Shown: positions 46,630-57,942, counted from the first letter of the stretch. The stretch: 64,000 nucleotides of DNA from Methanothrix sp. (GCA_026394555.1 JAPKXZ010000052.1:101376-165375), one strand, 5' to 3'. Notes: generated by a model from the sequence alone, not told the origin. Made by a program: numbers and translations.

Positions 46630-47255
46630 ACAGAGAGCAACTCTTGGACAGCCTGCAGGGCAGCGCAAAAGAATCGGTCATATCCGCAATGTCGCGCGTT
46701 CCAAGAGAGCTCTTCCTCCCCGTTGCACTCAAAAGCCGGGCATACGACGACACACCTCTTCCCATTGGCCTAAACCAGACCATCTCCGCTCCTCACATGG
46801 TGGCCATAATGTGCGATCTTCTCGATCTGCAGCCGGGAATGACCGTCCTGGAGGTGGGGGGAGGAAGCGGCTATCATGCCGCGGTGATGGCTGCAATGGT
46901 AGGCCCCACGGGCATGGTATATTCTGTGGAGCGCATGCCGGAGCTGGTAGCGATGGCCAAAAGGAATCTGGAAAATGCCGGCATAATCAATGTGACCATG
47001 ATCGAGACCGACGGAAGCCTGGGCTTGCCAGAGCATGCCCCCTACGATCGCATAAGCGTGGCTGCGACCGCTCCCAGAATTCCCGAGCCGCTCAAGCAGC
47101 AGCTGCGGGTGGGCGGAAAAATGGTCCTTCCTGTGGGCCGGGACTATCAGGATCTTTATCTGGTGACCAGGAAGAACGGCTTTTGTGTGGAGGAGAAGAT
47201 GGGCGTGATCTTTGTTCCGCTCATTGGAGAAGAGGGTTTCAAGGAGCAGATCTAA
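46611..47255 (+). CDS. pcm: protein-L-isoaspartate O-methyltransferase
   Basis: VPRELFLP, ISAPHMVAIM and the SAM motif VLEVGGGSGYHAAVMA. TTG start overlapping the previous gene. Confidence 0.9.
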   Translation: MGSRALNREQLLDSLQGSAKESVISAMSRVPRELFLPVALKSRAYDDTPLPIGLNQTISAPHMVAIMCDLLDLQPGMTVLEVGGGSGYHAAVMAAMVGPTGMVYSVERMPELVAMAKRNLENAGIINVTMIETDGSLGLPEHAPYDRISVAATAPRIPEPLKQQLRVGGKMVLPVGRDYQDLYLVTRKNGFCVEEKMGVIFVPLIGEEGFKEQI

Positions 47256-47285
47256 TATATTTGCGGCAACTATGACCTTTTTGAG

Positions 47286-48794
47286 ATGAAGCCCTTAGCA
47301 ATCATAATCATGGACGGCTTCGGCATAAGCCCAATAGTTGAGGGCAATGCCATTGCCAAGGCAGATAAGCCCAACTTAGAACGGTTCTGGAAGAATTACC
47401 CGACGACCACTCTGGCCGCTTCTGGCCTGGCTGTGGGTTTGCCGCGCGGCCAGATGGGCAACTCCGAGGTAGGCCACCTCAACATAGGAGGCGGCAGGAT
47501 CGTCTACCAGGACTACACCAGAATCAGTCTGGCGGCTCTGCAGGGCACCATGGCCGAAAATGAGGTTTTGCTTCAGGCTATGGAAAAGGCAAAAGACGCC
47601 AGGCTGCATCTGATCGGCCTCTTATCGGACGGCGGAGTGCACAGCCACAATACTCACCTTTATGCGCTTTTGCAGATGGCTGCGAAAATGGGCCTGGAGA
47701 ATGTTTATGTGCATGCTGTTTTGGATGGCAGGGATGTGCCTCCCCGAAGCGCCCTAGGCTATTTGCAGGAGCTGGAGACAAAGTTCCAGCAGATCGGCAC
47801 GGGCAAGGTGGCTACCGTCTCGGGTCGTTACTACACCATGGATAGAGACAAACGCTGGGAGAGGGTGGAGAAGGCCTACCGCTGCCTCACGAACGGCGAG
47901 GGGCAGCGAGCCGCTACCGCCAGGGAAGCGGTGGAAAACGGCTACCTGCGAGGCGAGAATGATGAATTCCTTCAGCCGACTCTGGTAGACGAAAAGGGAC
48001 GGATCAGGGACGGGGACAGCATTATTTTCTTCAATTTCCGGCCGGACAGAGCCCGCGAGATCACCCGGGCCTTTGTTGATAAGGATTTTCAGGGCTTTTC
48101 CCTAAAGAGGATGCGGGTTTTTTACACCTGTATGACCCAGTACGATGCCACATTTAACGTGCCCATTGCCTTCCCTGCGCAAAACCTGGACGACACTCTC
48201 GGCCAGGTGATAAGCCGCTCTGGGCTCAGGCAACTACGCATAGCCGAGACGGAGAAATATGCTCATGTCACTTACTTCTTTAACGGCGGAAAGGAAGAGC
48301 CCAATCCAGGAGAAGACCGCGTCCTCATACCGTCTCCCAAAGTTGCCACCTACGACCTATTGCCGGAGATGAGCGCCTTCCTGGTTCGGGATGAGGTGAT
48401 GGCACAGATCGACAGCGGCAAGTATGATCTAATCGTCCTCAATTTCGCCAATCCCGATATGGTGGGCCACACCGGCATATTCGAGGCTGCTGTGCAAGCG
48501 GTCGAGGTGGTGGACGGATGCGTGGGAGCAATTGTGGATGAGATCCTCAGGAAGGGGGGCGCCGTGCTGCTCACTGCTGATCACGGCAATGCAGAAAAGA
48601 TGATCGATTTGACCACCGGCCAGCCGCATACCGCTCACACCACCAATCCCGTGCCCTTCACTCTGATAATTAATGACGGCCAGAAGTACAGCCTGCGCCA
48701 GGACGGGATCCTGGCAGATATTGCGCCCACGGCACTGGAGCTCCTGCATATCCCCCAGCCGAAAGCGATAAGCGGAAAGAGCCTCATCAGATAG
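47286..48794 (+). CDS. gpmI: 2,3-bisphosphoglycerate-independent phosphoglycerate mutase (bacterial GpmI type)
   Basis: 502 aa. LIIMDGFG, GNSEVGHLNIGGGR, SDGGVHSH, ADHGNAE. Confidence 0.95.
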   Translation: MKPLAIIIMDGFGISPIVEGNAIAKADKPNLERFWKNYPTTTLAASGLAVGLPRGQMGNSEVGHLNIGGGRIVYQDYTRISLAALQGTMAENEVLLQAMEKAKDARLHLIGLLSDGGVHSHNTHLYALLQMAAKMGLENVYVHAVLDGRDVPPRSALGYLQELETKFQQIGTGKVATVSGRYYTMDRDKRWERVEKAYRCLTNGEGQRAATAREAVENGYLRGENDEFLQPTLVDEKGRIRDGDSIIFFNFRPDRAREITRAFVDKDFQGFSLKRMRVFYTCMTQYDATFNVPIAFPAQNLDDTLGQVISRSGLRQLRIAETEKYAHVTYFFNGGKEEPNPGEDRVLIPSPKVATYDLLPEMSAFLVRDEVMAQIDSGKYDLIVLNFANPDMVGHTGIFEAAVQAVEVVDGCVGAIVDEILRKGGAVLLTADHGNAEKMIDLTTGQPHTAHTTNPVPFTLIINDGQKYSLRQDGILADIAPTALELLHIPQPKAISGKSLIR

Positions 48795-48806
48795 GAAAAC
48801 TGAAAA

Positions 48807-49109
48807 ATGGTGAAAGTGCCACAGAAATACGAAGAATGCATTTACTGGAAGGACCAGGAGGAAGGCTTTCTTGGCTATTGCTTGCATCCCAAAGCCCGAA
48901 CCGGTGATCCGTGCATTCTGGATGTTGAAGACTATTGCCCTCTTCGGGATCCGGCAATGGTCCTGGAGCCGGCATCAGTCCGTAAATGCTTGATCTGTGG
49001 CAATACCATGAGTTCTGATGAGTATGAGGCTAACGGCTGCATTTTCTGTGGGTCCAATGCCGAGCCTCTATTCTGTTCGGAGTCTTACGATGTGCGCGAT
49101 CGGGAGTGA
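48807..49109 (+). CDS. Cys-rich hypothetical protein with C-terminal zinc ribbon
   Basis: 100 aa with CLICG...CIFCG. No family recognised. Confidence 0.45.
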   Translation: MVKVPQKYEECIYWKDQEEGFLGYCLHPKARTGDPCILDVEDYCPLRDPAMVLEPASVRKCLICGNTMSSDEYEANGCIFCGSNAEPLFCSESYDVRDRE

Positions 49110-49141
49110 AAGGAGACTCTGGACTCTTGACCGGTAAAATG

Positions 49142-49519
49142 CTAGTTGGAAGGCGAGGAATCTTCAACTGGTTGTATCTGGATACAGCATTCCGGTGAAT
49201 AGTCCGCGATTTCAGCTAGTGTCTCTTCTCCCATCATCTGTTCGATGATGAGGTTATTCAGGTTTTCGAACGCTTCTATGAATCCTGAGTTCTCATTGAG
49301 CGCATAGTAATTAGCGTTGCCGTGTTTGCTTTTTATCTTCAACACGTTCCATTTCAGGAGCTTTTTTACCACGTTATTTAATGCTTGGCGAGAAACATCA
49401 GCTCCTCGTGCCATATCGCTGATATTGAACTCCAAACCATTCATGGGCAAAAGGAACTGAATGACTCTTAGTTCGCTGGTATCTCCAAAAATCGTCTCGA
49501 ATGGCGCAGACACAGTCAA
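49142..49519 (-). CDS. winged-helix transcriptional regulator
   Basis: FNISDMARGADVSRQALNNVVKKLLKWNVLKIKSKHGNANYYALN is an HTH plus wing pattern. Divergent from the S-layer-domain gene. Confidence 0.6.
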   Translation of the reverse strand: MTVSAPFETIFGDTSELRVIQFLLPMNGLEFNISDMARGADVSRQALNNVVKKLLKWNVLKIKSKHGNANYYALNENSGFIEAFENLNNLIIEQMMGEETLAEIADYSPECCIQIQPVEDSSPSN

Positions 49520-49603
49520 TCCTCCACAGGCTCATGCTATATAGAAATATTGACCGGCCTGCAAATTTAGCTTTCCAAGGCCAATTTCTGGATAGTAAGC
49601 AAG

Positions 49604-49611
49604 CATATATC
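49604..49611 (+). promoter_or_regulatory. TATA-box candidate for the S-layer-domain gene
   Basis: catatatc lies 23-30 nt upstream of the ATG at 49634. Confidence 0.35.
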
Positions 49612-49633
49612 TCTCAAGCACTTCTTAGAATCT

Positions 49634-51166
49634 ATGAAGTTGATCTTCGTAGCTCTCATCATTTTGTTGCTGATGGGGCCGGTATTTGCGCAGACAACAG
49701 TCACCAAAGCGAGTGAGATCCGTGGTCAAGTCGCAGGCACAATAAATGGTGAAAGCAACCTCGATCTAATTGATAACTCCTTCACCTGGAATCCGCAGAA
49801 TTTTGCCGGCTTCTACTATGACATAGAGGACGGTCTGGGCACTGAGACACTTGAGGTTACTCTCACTGAGAATAACAAGCTGAGCGGCGACTCGCCCTAT
49901 GGTATCAAGTATGAGACCACTGCTAAACCAAAGGCATTCAAGTTCGAGGATTGGGGTGCATTCAATGTCATGGGCTTCCTGGCTGACAGGTACTTCGCTG
50001 GCTATGTCGAGAACGCTGACAACGTCGAGAAGAATCTCCTGTTCAAGGAGTCCACCGATGAGAATTCCCTGTCCAGCGAGCAGCTCCAGAAGATTCTCGT
50101 TGATGACGATAACGAAACGACTTTCACCTCCGGTACACCCCTCAAGCTTGAAGAAGGCTATGAGCTGGCTATCAAGGGCATTGATATCAACAGCACCAAA
50201 GTATATCTCGAGCTCTCCAAGGATGGCTCTGCAGTAGATAGCAAAGTCATATCCCCGTCAAAGACCAATGCGACCATGGCCGACAAGACTTACTACTACA
50301 GGAAGCCCATTGTAGGCGATCAGAGGAAGCTGATTACCATCGCAGCTCACTTCAAGAATATTTCCCGCGGTGCGGATCAGAACCTGGCCACTGTCGATGG
50401 TCTATGACAGATCTCCGGCGAAGGAATTATGGTCAAAGCCGATACCCAGTACGACAAGATGACCATCTCGTCTGTTGATGCCAACAACGGCGTCATAACC
50501 ATGGATAACAAGGACATCTCCATAGTTCTTAGCAAGAACACAGATACCGTCTTGATGGGCGACATAAGCATTAAAACCGCTGATAATGATACTCTTAGTT
50601 TCTACATTTACTCGAATCCGTCGATTGCGGCTGAGTGGAGGCAAAAAGGCAATATTCTCTACAACCAAGGCAAGTACGGTGAGGCCAACAAGGCTTATGA
50701 CGAAGTCATCAGGCTAAATCCTAAAGATGAAACTGCCTGGAACAATAAAGGCAATGTTCTCATCTTACTCGGCGAGTACGATGAAGCTATCAAAGCTTAT
50801 GATGAAGTCATCAGGCTAGAGCCCAAATTCGCCATGGCTTTGATCAATAAAGGTAATGCCCTAGACGATTTAGCAAAGTACGCCGAAGCCATTCAATCAT
50901 ACAAAAAAGCAAGCGGCATTATGCAAACGTATAGCTTTAGCATGTTTATCAAGGGTAATTCCCATTATAATGCAGGGGAATACGTCGCTGCGATACGGTA
51001 CTATGATGAGGCCATAAAACAAGACCCAAAAGATGAGTATGCTTGGTACAATAAGGCCATGTCTCTTAGGATGCTTCATCGCAATTCCGAGGCAGAAGCA
51101 GCCTATGCCAAAGCACGAGAACTAGGATACAGCGGAACCATGACACTAATGGAAATGACTGCATAG
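49634..51166 (+). pseudogene. S-layer-type (DUF1608) domain + TPR protein, split by an in-frame TGA at 50405-50407
   Basis: ORFs 49634..50407 and 50429..51166 are in the same frame. The sequence reads ...LATVDGL-TGA-QISGEGIMVKADTQYDKMTISSVDANNGVITMDNKD..., continuing one domain across the stop. N-terminal signal peptide, then WNPQNFAGFYYDIEDGLGTE (DUF1608-like). The C-terminus carries TPR repeats. Confidence 0.65.
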
Positions 51167-51177
51167 TGATTTAGTTG

Positions 51178-51211
51178 TGCATGCAAACAGCTAGCATGCA
51201 TCTCTTTTTTC
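51178..51211 (+). terminator. hairpin plus oligo-T after the TPR gene
   Basis: tgcatgc-aaacagcta-gcatgca followed by tctcttttttc. Confidence 0.4.
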
Positions 51212-51315
51212 AGGGAGAATGACAAGGCTGGCATGAATCGCAGCTATCATCATCGTCCGCTTTTGGCATCTCGCAAAGCATTTAATAGGCCGTCGTGGCT
51301 TATTAGGTCTATTTT

Positions 51316-52557
51316 ATGAAGGAATGCAAGATGCCCGAAATAATCCCCTCGCCCGATGCCAACTACCTTATGGACCTGCTAAAAAAAATCATCAGTTTTA
51401 AGACCGTCGCCCCTCCGGGCAGCAATTATCAGGAGATCGTGGACTGGCTCGTCCCCATCTTTCGGGAGATGGGCTTTGCCACGCAGAAGATGGTCATGCC
51501 GAAGGAGGTCTTCGCAGCAAAATGCAGTGACCCGCGGCTGGTGGGCGATCGCTTCAATCTACGAGCCGACCTTTCTGTGGGGGCGGAAAAGACGCTGGTA
51601 ATCTATGCCCATCTGGATGTGGTGCCGGCAGAAGGAAACTGGGATAGCGATCCCTTCCAGGCGGTAGCGAAGAACGGAAGGATCTATGGCCGGGGCGTCT
51701 CCGATTGCAAGGGATCGATCGCGGCCTTGATTGCTGCTTTAAAGGCTCTCCTGGAGAGCGGCAAGCCGAAGTACAATCTCTCGATTCTTTTGACCACGGA
51801 TGAGGAGGTGGGCGGCTACTCCGGCCTGTGCTATCTCACTGATTTAGGACAGGTGAAGGGAGACCTGATGCTCTGCATGGACGGCTTTTCCGATGATGTG
51901 GTGATCGGCAGCAACGGCATCATAACCTGGGATGTGGTGGTGCACGGTAGATCCTCGCACAGCGGCTCCAGTTTCCTGGGGATAAATGCCGTGGAGAGAT
52001 CGATACCCGTCATGGATGCGCTCATGAACCTCAAGAAGGTGGTGCAGGCCAGACGATCTCTTCTGCCCGCCAGCACCGCCCTGGAAGCTATGGGCAAAAA
52101 GAACCTCATGCCCATACTCAATATTACTATGATCAACGGGGGCATCAAGGAGAACATTGTGCCGGACAGGTGCACTCTACGCGGCGACCGGCGGGTGATA
52201 CCGGAAGAGAGCATGGACGAGGCCCTGGCGGAGATAGAGAGGACCCTAAAACCGCTGGATATCGACTTTGATCTCAAGTTCTATCCCGGCTATCCGCCCA
52301 TGAGCGTGAATCCGGATCACCCCTGGGTCTTGGAGGTGAGGGAAGCGGTGCAAAGAGGCATGGGCTTTTTCCCCCGCCTCTCCGGAGCCCAAGGGAGCCT
52401 GGATCAGGCCTATGCCACGGAAAAGACCGGAATCCCTACTTGCGTCTTTGGAGTGGGCCGGCAGCTGGAGAGCAATATCCACGGTCTGAACGAGAACGTG
52501 CGCGTGGCTGATTTGAATGGATTCGCGAGATTTCTAATTGAACTGCTGCGCGCCTGA
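51316..52557 (+). CDS. M20-family metallopeptidase (ArgE/DapE-like deacylase)
   Basis: AHLDVVPA, GRGVSDCKGS, LTTDEEVGG. Alternative start M6 (51331). Confidence 0.85.
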   Translation: MKECKMPEIIPSPDANYLMDLLKKIISFKTVAPPGSNYQEIVDWLVPIFREMGFATQKMVMPKEVFAAKCSDPRLVGDRFNLRADLSVGAEKTLVIYAHLDVVPAEGNWDSDPFQAVAKNGRIYGRGVSDCKGSIAALIAALKALLESGKPKYNLSILLTTDEEVGGYSGLCYLTDLGQVKGDLMLCMDGFSDDVVIGSNGIITWDVVVHGRSSHSGSSFLGINAVERSIPVMDALMNLKKVVQARRSLLPASTALEAMGKKNLMPILNITMINGGIKENIVPDRCTLRGDRRVIPEESMDEALAEIERTLKPLDIDFDLKFYPGYPPMSVNPDHPWVLEVREAVQRGMGFFPRLSGAQGSLDQAYATEKTGIPTCVFGVGRQLESNIHGLNENVRVADLNGFARFLIELLRA

Positions 52558-52564
52558 ATCAATT

Positions 52565-53023
52565 ATGAAAGTAATATCAATAGTCGGAACCAAGAAGACG
52601 GGCAAGACCACTCTAGTGGCCGCCCTGGTGGCGTCGCTGGCCAAGCACGGTAAAGTGGGCACCATCAAGAACATGGCTGGCCATCCCGTGGACCGGGGCG
52701 ACACCAAGCGCCACTTCGATGCCGGAGCGGATGTGGTCATTGGTCTAGGCGAGGCGCGGCTCAAGGTGACGCGCGAGCGTGGGGACCTTGAATCCGCGCT
52801 GGCTGAACTGGAGGCGGAGGGGGTAGAATATGCCGTGGTGGAGGGCTTCAAGCACAGCACTCTACCCAAGATCGTCATGGCCGATATCGAGGTGACGAAT
52901 GTGGTGCGAAGGGTGAGGCTCGCACAGGTGGATGAGGCGCTGGTGGAGGAGATCGCGGAGACGGTAAGGGGAATGGAGGACTACTGCGCCCTTGAGACAT
53001 GTTGCCCTGGACAGAAAACTTAA
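52565..53023 (+). CDS. mobB: MobB-like P-loop protein (molybdopterin-guanine dinucleotide biosynthesis adapter)
   Basis: Start taken at MKVISIVGTKKTGKTTL (P-loop), followed by GTIKNM...DAGADVV. Confidence 0.65.
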   Translation: MKVISIVGTKKTGKTTLVAALVASLAKHGKVGTIKNMAGHPVDRGDTKRHFDAGADVVIGLGEARLKVTRERGDLESALAELEAEGVEYAVVEGFKHSTLPKIVMADIEVTNVVRRVRLAQVDEALVEEIAETVRGMEDYCALETCCPGQKT

Positions 53024-53066
53024 ACATGAGAAGCTCCATCCATCAATTCGTAGGAGATGAAATTAA

Positions 53067-53243
53067 ATGGCTGATTGCGAACTATGTACCCGTGCACGAC
53101 CGTTGCTCTTTCCCATAAAGGCCCCCGTCCACAACCTCACTTACCCCGAGGGCGCATACAAGGGCGTATGCGACATCTGCCTGGATAACCTGGAGAAGGG
53201 CTGGCAGGAGCGCTTTGGGGCAAAGCCGGAAGAGAAAAAATAA
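53067..53243 (+). CDS. possible 58-aa zinc-ribbon micro-protein
   Basis: Not in the ORF track. MADCELCTRARPLLFPIKAPVHNLTYPEGAYKGVCDICLDNLEKGWQERFGAKPEEKK has CxxC...CxxC. It is preceded by a GGAG-type RBS (taggagatgaaattaaATG). Confidence 0.45.
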   Translation: MADCELCTRARPLLFPIKAPVHNLTYPEGAYKGVCDICLDNLEKGWQERFGAKPEEKK

Positions 53244-53331
53244 AATAATAGTAGTATTCACATAAAATTTTTTCCGCACAATCGAGCAGAGCTTGCGCCG
53301 TAGCTTGGGCTTTGTCACGGGATGAGAGATC

Positions 53332-53711
53332 ATGAGGATGCAAAAAGAGGAGAAGATAGTAATAATATTGCTCCTCATGGCCCTGGGATCTTTGGCGGTG
53401 GCTTTTTGGGCCTTCGCTCCCGAAGAGGGTGAGCAGGATAGTTCTTCTGATTCTTCATCCCAAAAGGAGGCTGGCCTTTCCGTAGATGGACTTGTTTTAG
53501 AGATAACGCCCACCAAAAGCGGGGGCAACCTGCTCCTCAATCTAGACTCCACGCCGCTTCCGGTTTTTATCCCAGTCAATGCGGGCGCTAAGGAGCTTCA
53601 AGCTCGGATAAAAGCGGGCGATCGGGTAAAGATCAGAGGCACAGTCTCGACTTTTCAGGGCAAAGATGAGCTTGTGGTTTCCAGGCAGACAGATATCCAG
53701 GTGCTCTCCAA

Positions 53712-53715
<4 letters not shown>
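53332..53715 (+). CDS. membrane-anchored OB-fold protein
   Basis: N-terminal TM (IVIILLLMALGSLAVAFWAF), an acidic linker, then an OB-like beta domain (RVKIRGTVSTFQGKDELVV). Confidence 0.5.
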
Positions 53716-55467
<1,752 letters not shown>

Positions 55468-55482
55468 GTGGATTTGAAGTTC

Positions 55483-55998
55483 ATGCGCGCACTCTACATT
55501 GGGCGCTTCCAGCCCTATCACCTGGGGCATCAGGCGGTTTTGGAGAAGATCGCAAAGGAGGTAGAGGAGATTGTGATAGTAATCGGTAGCGCCCAGGAGA
55601 GCCACACTCCCGAAAATCCCTTCACCGGCGGCGAGAGGATGGAGATGATCTATGCCGCTTTAGGCGAAAGCGATCTGAGAGAGCGCTGCATCGTCACGCC
55701 TTTGCAGGATATCAAACGAAACTCTGTATGGGCCTCTCACCTGCAATCCATGGTGCCTCGCTTTGATGTGGTCTATTCCAATAATCCTCTGGTGGTTCAG
55801 CTCATCGGCGAAGCGGGCATTCAGATAAGAAAGCCGCCCATGTACCAGAGAGACCTGTACTCCGGTACGGCCATCCGGAAGCTGATGAGAGAGAAATGTG
55901 ACTGGTCCGGGCTGGTGCCTGCCTCAGTGGCGGCATTCATAATGGAGAACGGCGGTGTGGAGCGTCTGATTTCCGTGTCCAAGAGCGACAGCTTTTAG
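55483..55998 (+). CDS. nadM: nicotinamide-nucleotide adenylyltransferase (archaeal type)
   Basis: MRALYIGRFQPYHLGHQAVL...VIVIGSAQESHTPENPFTGGERMEMI. Confidence 0.9.
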   Translation: MRALYIGRFQPYHLGHQAVLEKIAKEVEEIVIVIGSAQESHTPENPFTGGERMEMIYAALGESDLRERCIVTPLQDIKRNSVWASHLQSMVPRFDVVYSNNPLVVQLIGEAGIQIRKPPMYQRDLYSGTAIRKLMREKCDWSGLVPASVAAFIMENGGVERLISVSKSDSF

Positions 55999-56051
55999 CA
56001 TTTGTCTTACCCAGGCAAAGAGATATAATGTAAGAAACAAATTATAAATGG

Positions 56052-56858
56052 ATGAGAAGACTGACTGCCTTTATCTCAGGAACGGTCCAGAAGACTGGCT
56101 ATCGAGCAAAGGTAGTAAACCTGGCAAATTTCCTTGGACTGAATGGATTTGTTCAAAACCTTCCCGACAACAGAGTAAAGGTTGTGGCCGAAGGTGATGA
56201 GTCTGCCCTAGAGCGTTTTATCAATGATTTAAGGATCAAAGATTCTCTGATCGATGTGCATGGCATCGAAATTAATTACACTTCAGCCATGGGAGACTTC
56301 ATACGATTTGAAAAGATGGTCGCCGAAGGTGAAACGGATCAGCGCTTGGACAAAGCAGCAGAACTGCTCAGTGATCTAATAATTGTCAACAAGCAGATTG
56401 TCGCCCAATTAATAATAAATAATGAGGAGATCAAGGGTGTCCGCGAAGAGGTCAAGGGCTCTCGTGAAGACATACGATCCGTTTATGAAGAAGTGAAGGG
56501 TGTCCGCGAAGAGGTCAAGGGCTCTCGCGAAGACATACGATCCGTTTATGAAGAAGTGAAGGGTGTCCGCGAAGAGGTCAAGGGCTCTCGCGAAGACATA
56601 CGATCCGTTTATGAAGAAGTGAAGGGTGTCCGCGAAGAGGTCAAAGGTTCTCGCGAAGACATAAATAAAAGCATCCAGGATGTCCGCCAGGAGGTCAATT
56701 CCGTTGGCGAGATGATCGCAGAGAAGATCGATGATGCTCGAGAAGAGATTGCAGGTGAAGTCAAAGAGCTTCATTCTGATTTGAAAGATGATCTAAAAGA
56801 GAGACTCGTCCGAATGGAAGCCGATATCTCGCAGATAAAAGCCAGGATTGGCTTGTAG
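56052..56858 (+). CDS. acylphosphatase-domain protein fused to a repeat-containing coiled coil
   Basis: N-terminal acylphosphatase pattern ISGTVQKTGYRAKVVNLANFLGLNGFVQNLPDNRVKVVAEG. The C-terminal roughly 170 aa are heptad-rich and include 3.7 copies of KGVREEVKGSREDIRSVYEEV. Confidence 0.8.
   Translation: MRRLTAFISGTVQKTGYRAKVVNLANFLGLNGFVQNLPDNRVKVVAEGDESALERFINDLRIKDSLIDVHGIEINYTSAMGDFIRFEKMVAEGETDQRLDKAAELLSDLIIVNKQIVAQLIINNEEIKGVREEVKGSREDIRSVYEEVKGVREEVKGSREDIRSVYEEVKGVREEVKGSREDIRSVYEEVKGVREEVKGSREDINKSIQDVRQEVNSVGEMIAEKIDDAREEIAGEVKELHSDLKDDLKERLVRMEADISQIKARIGL
56433..56663 (+). repeat. 63-bp tandem repeat, 3.7 copies, inside the CDS
   Basis: Units at 56433, 56496, 56559 and 56622. 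Units 2 and 3 are identical. Unit 1 differs by one synonymous base and unit 4 by two synonymous bases before diverging. Confidence 0.95.
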
Positions 56859-57083
56859 AAAATCTATCATCATATTTTCTCTGCATATTATAATCCTCTC
56901 CGAGCGCGGATCCTTCCTCGGCAAGTCCGGCTTGCAGTTTCGCATCATCCGCAAGGACGAGCCGGGGGTGCTGATCCCCTCCCCGGAAAGTGGAGCAGAT
57001 TCTGGTTCTGGGCTGCGCCATCTCCGTCTCCTTGAGTAATTATTTATCGGTCAACAGCACATTATCCAATATTGGGTGATTTT

Positions 57084-57359
57084 ATGAATTTTGAACACGT
57101 CGCAGGAAAAGATAAAGGCCAGATCAGGCTCTTTGCCCTGAGCACCTGCATCTGGTGCAAGAAGACCCGAGAGCTCTTATCATCTATGGGCGTGGCCTTC
57201 GACTATATTTATGTGGACCTTTTAAAAGGAGAGGAGAGAGCCGAGGCTGTAGCCGAGGTCCAAAAATACAACCCAAGCACCTCTTTTCCCACGCTCGTCA
57301 TCGGCGAGAAATGCATTGTGGGCCTCAGAGAAAAAGAAATCAAGGAGGCTTTGAGTTGA
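57084..57359 (+). CDS. glutaredoxin-like (NrdH/Grx-fold) protein
   Basis: ATG at 57084. Redox motif CIWC in LFALSTCIWCKKTRELL. FPTLVIG is typical of the Grx fold. Confidence 0.75.
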   Translation: MNFEHVAGKDKGQIRLFALSTCIWCKKTRELLSSMGVAFDYIYVDLLKGEERAEAVAEVQKYNPSTSFPTLVIGEKCIVGLREKEIKEALS

Positions 57360-57904
57360 TGACGCAGAACTTTGTTGAGCCTGCAAGCGAGGAAGTGGAC
57401 AAATTATCCACCCGTCTGGATAAAGATGCCAAGCAGGGTGGATATAATCTCAATCCGGATGCCGATTTTGTGAGAGGCCTGATAAAAGGTCTCCTCATAA
57501 ACGAGAAGCGATACGGCTACCGGGCCTGTCCCTGCCGCCTGGCTTCCGGTGACAAATCCGAGGACCTGGATCTCATCTGCCCCTGTGACTACAGAGATGC
57601 AGATGTTACTGAATTTGGCGCCTGCTACTGTGCGCTTTATGTCTCCAAAGTCGTCCTGTTGGGCAAACAGGAGCTGTCTTCCATTCCGGAGAGAAGACTG
57701 CCTGCAGAAGAGAAGGAGAAGCTTCGGCAAAAGCAAAAAGCAACTGCAGATGTGCTGGGTGCCGATATCGCAAAGGTGGCCTTCAAGCTTTCTCTGCCCG
57801 TGTGGAGGTGTACTGTCTGCGGCTATCTTTGCGCCCGAGAGGCACCACCGGAGATCTGTCCCATCTGCAAGGTCGGCAAGGAGAGATTCGAGCGGTTTAT
57901 TTGA
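57359..57904 (+). CDS. ferredoxin:thioredoxin-reductase-like catalytic domain fused to rubredoxin (FDR-type)
   Basis: Start MTQNF overlaps the grx stop (TGATG). FTR motif set CPCR...CPCDY...CYC. C-terminal rubredoxin WRCTVCGY...CPICK. Confidence 0.85.
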   Translation: MTQNFVEPASEEVDKLSTRLDKDAKQGGYNLNPDADFVRGLIKGLLINEKRYGYRACPCRLASGDKSEDLDLICPCDYRDADVTEFGACYCALYVSKVVLLGKQELSSIPERRLPAEEKEKLRQKQKATADVLGADIAKVAFKLSLPVWRCTVCGYLCAREAPPEICPICKVGKERFERFI

Positions 57905-57942
57905 AGTTTTTTTTCCCTTGAATGGTGTCTGAAGGTCAATTT

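Noticed and set aside
50405-50407. In-frame TGA as selenocysteine.
   Set aside because: No other selenoprotein hallmark is visible. The flanking sequence is a structural S-layer-type domain, not a redox motif with a Cys/Sec position, and I saw no SECIS-like stem-loop in the 3' region. A nonsense mutation, read-through or sequencing error is more parsimonious.
56433-56663. Tandem repeat as a possible CRISPR array.
   Set aside because: The units are contiguous with no spacers, are 63 bp long, are in frame within a CDS and encode heptad repeats. No cas genes are nearby.
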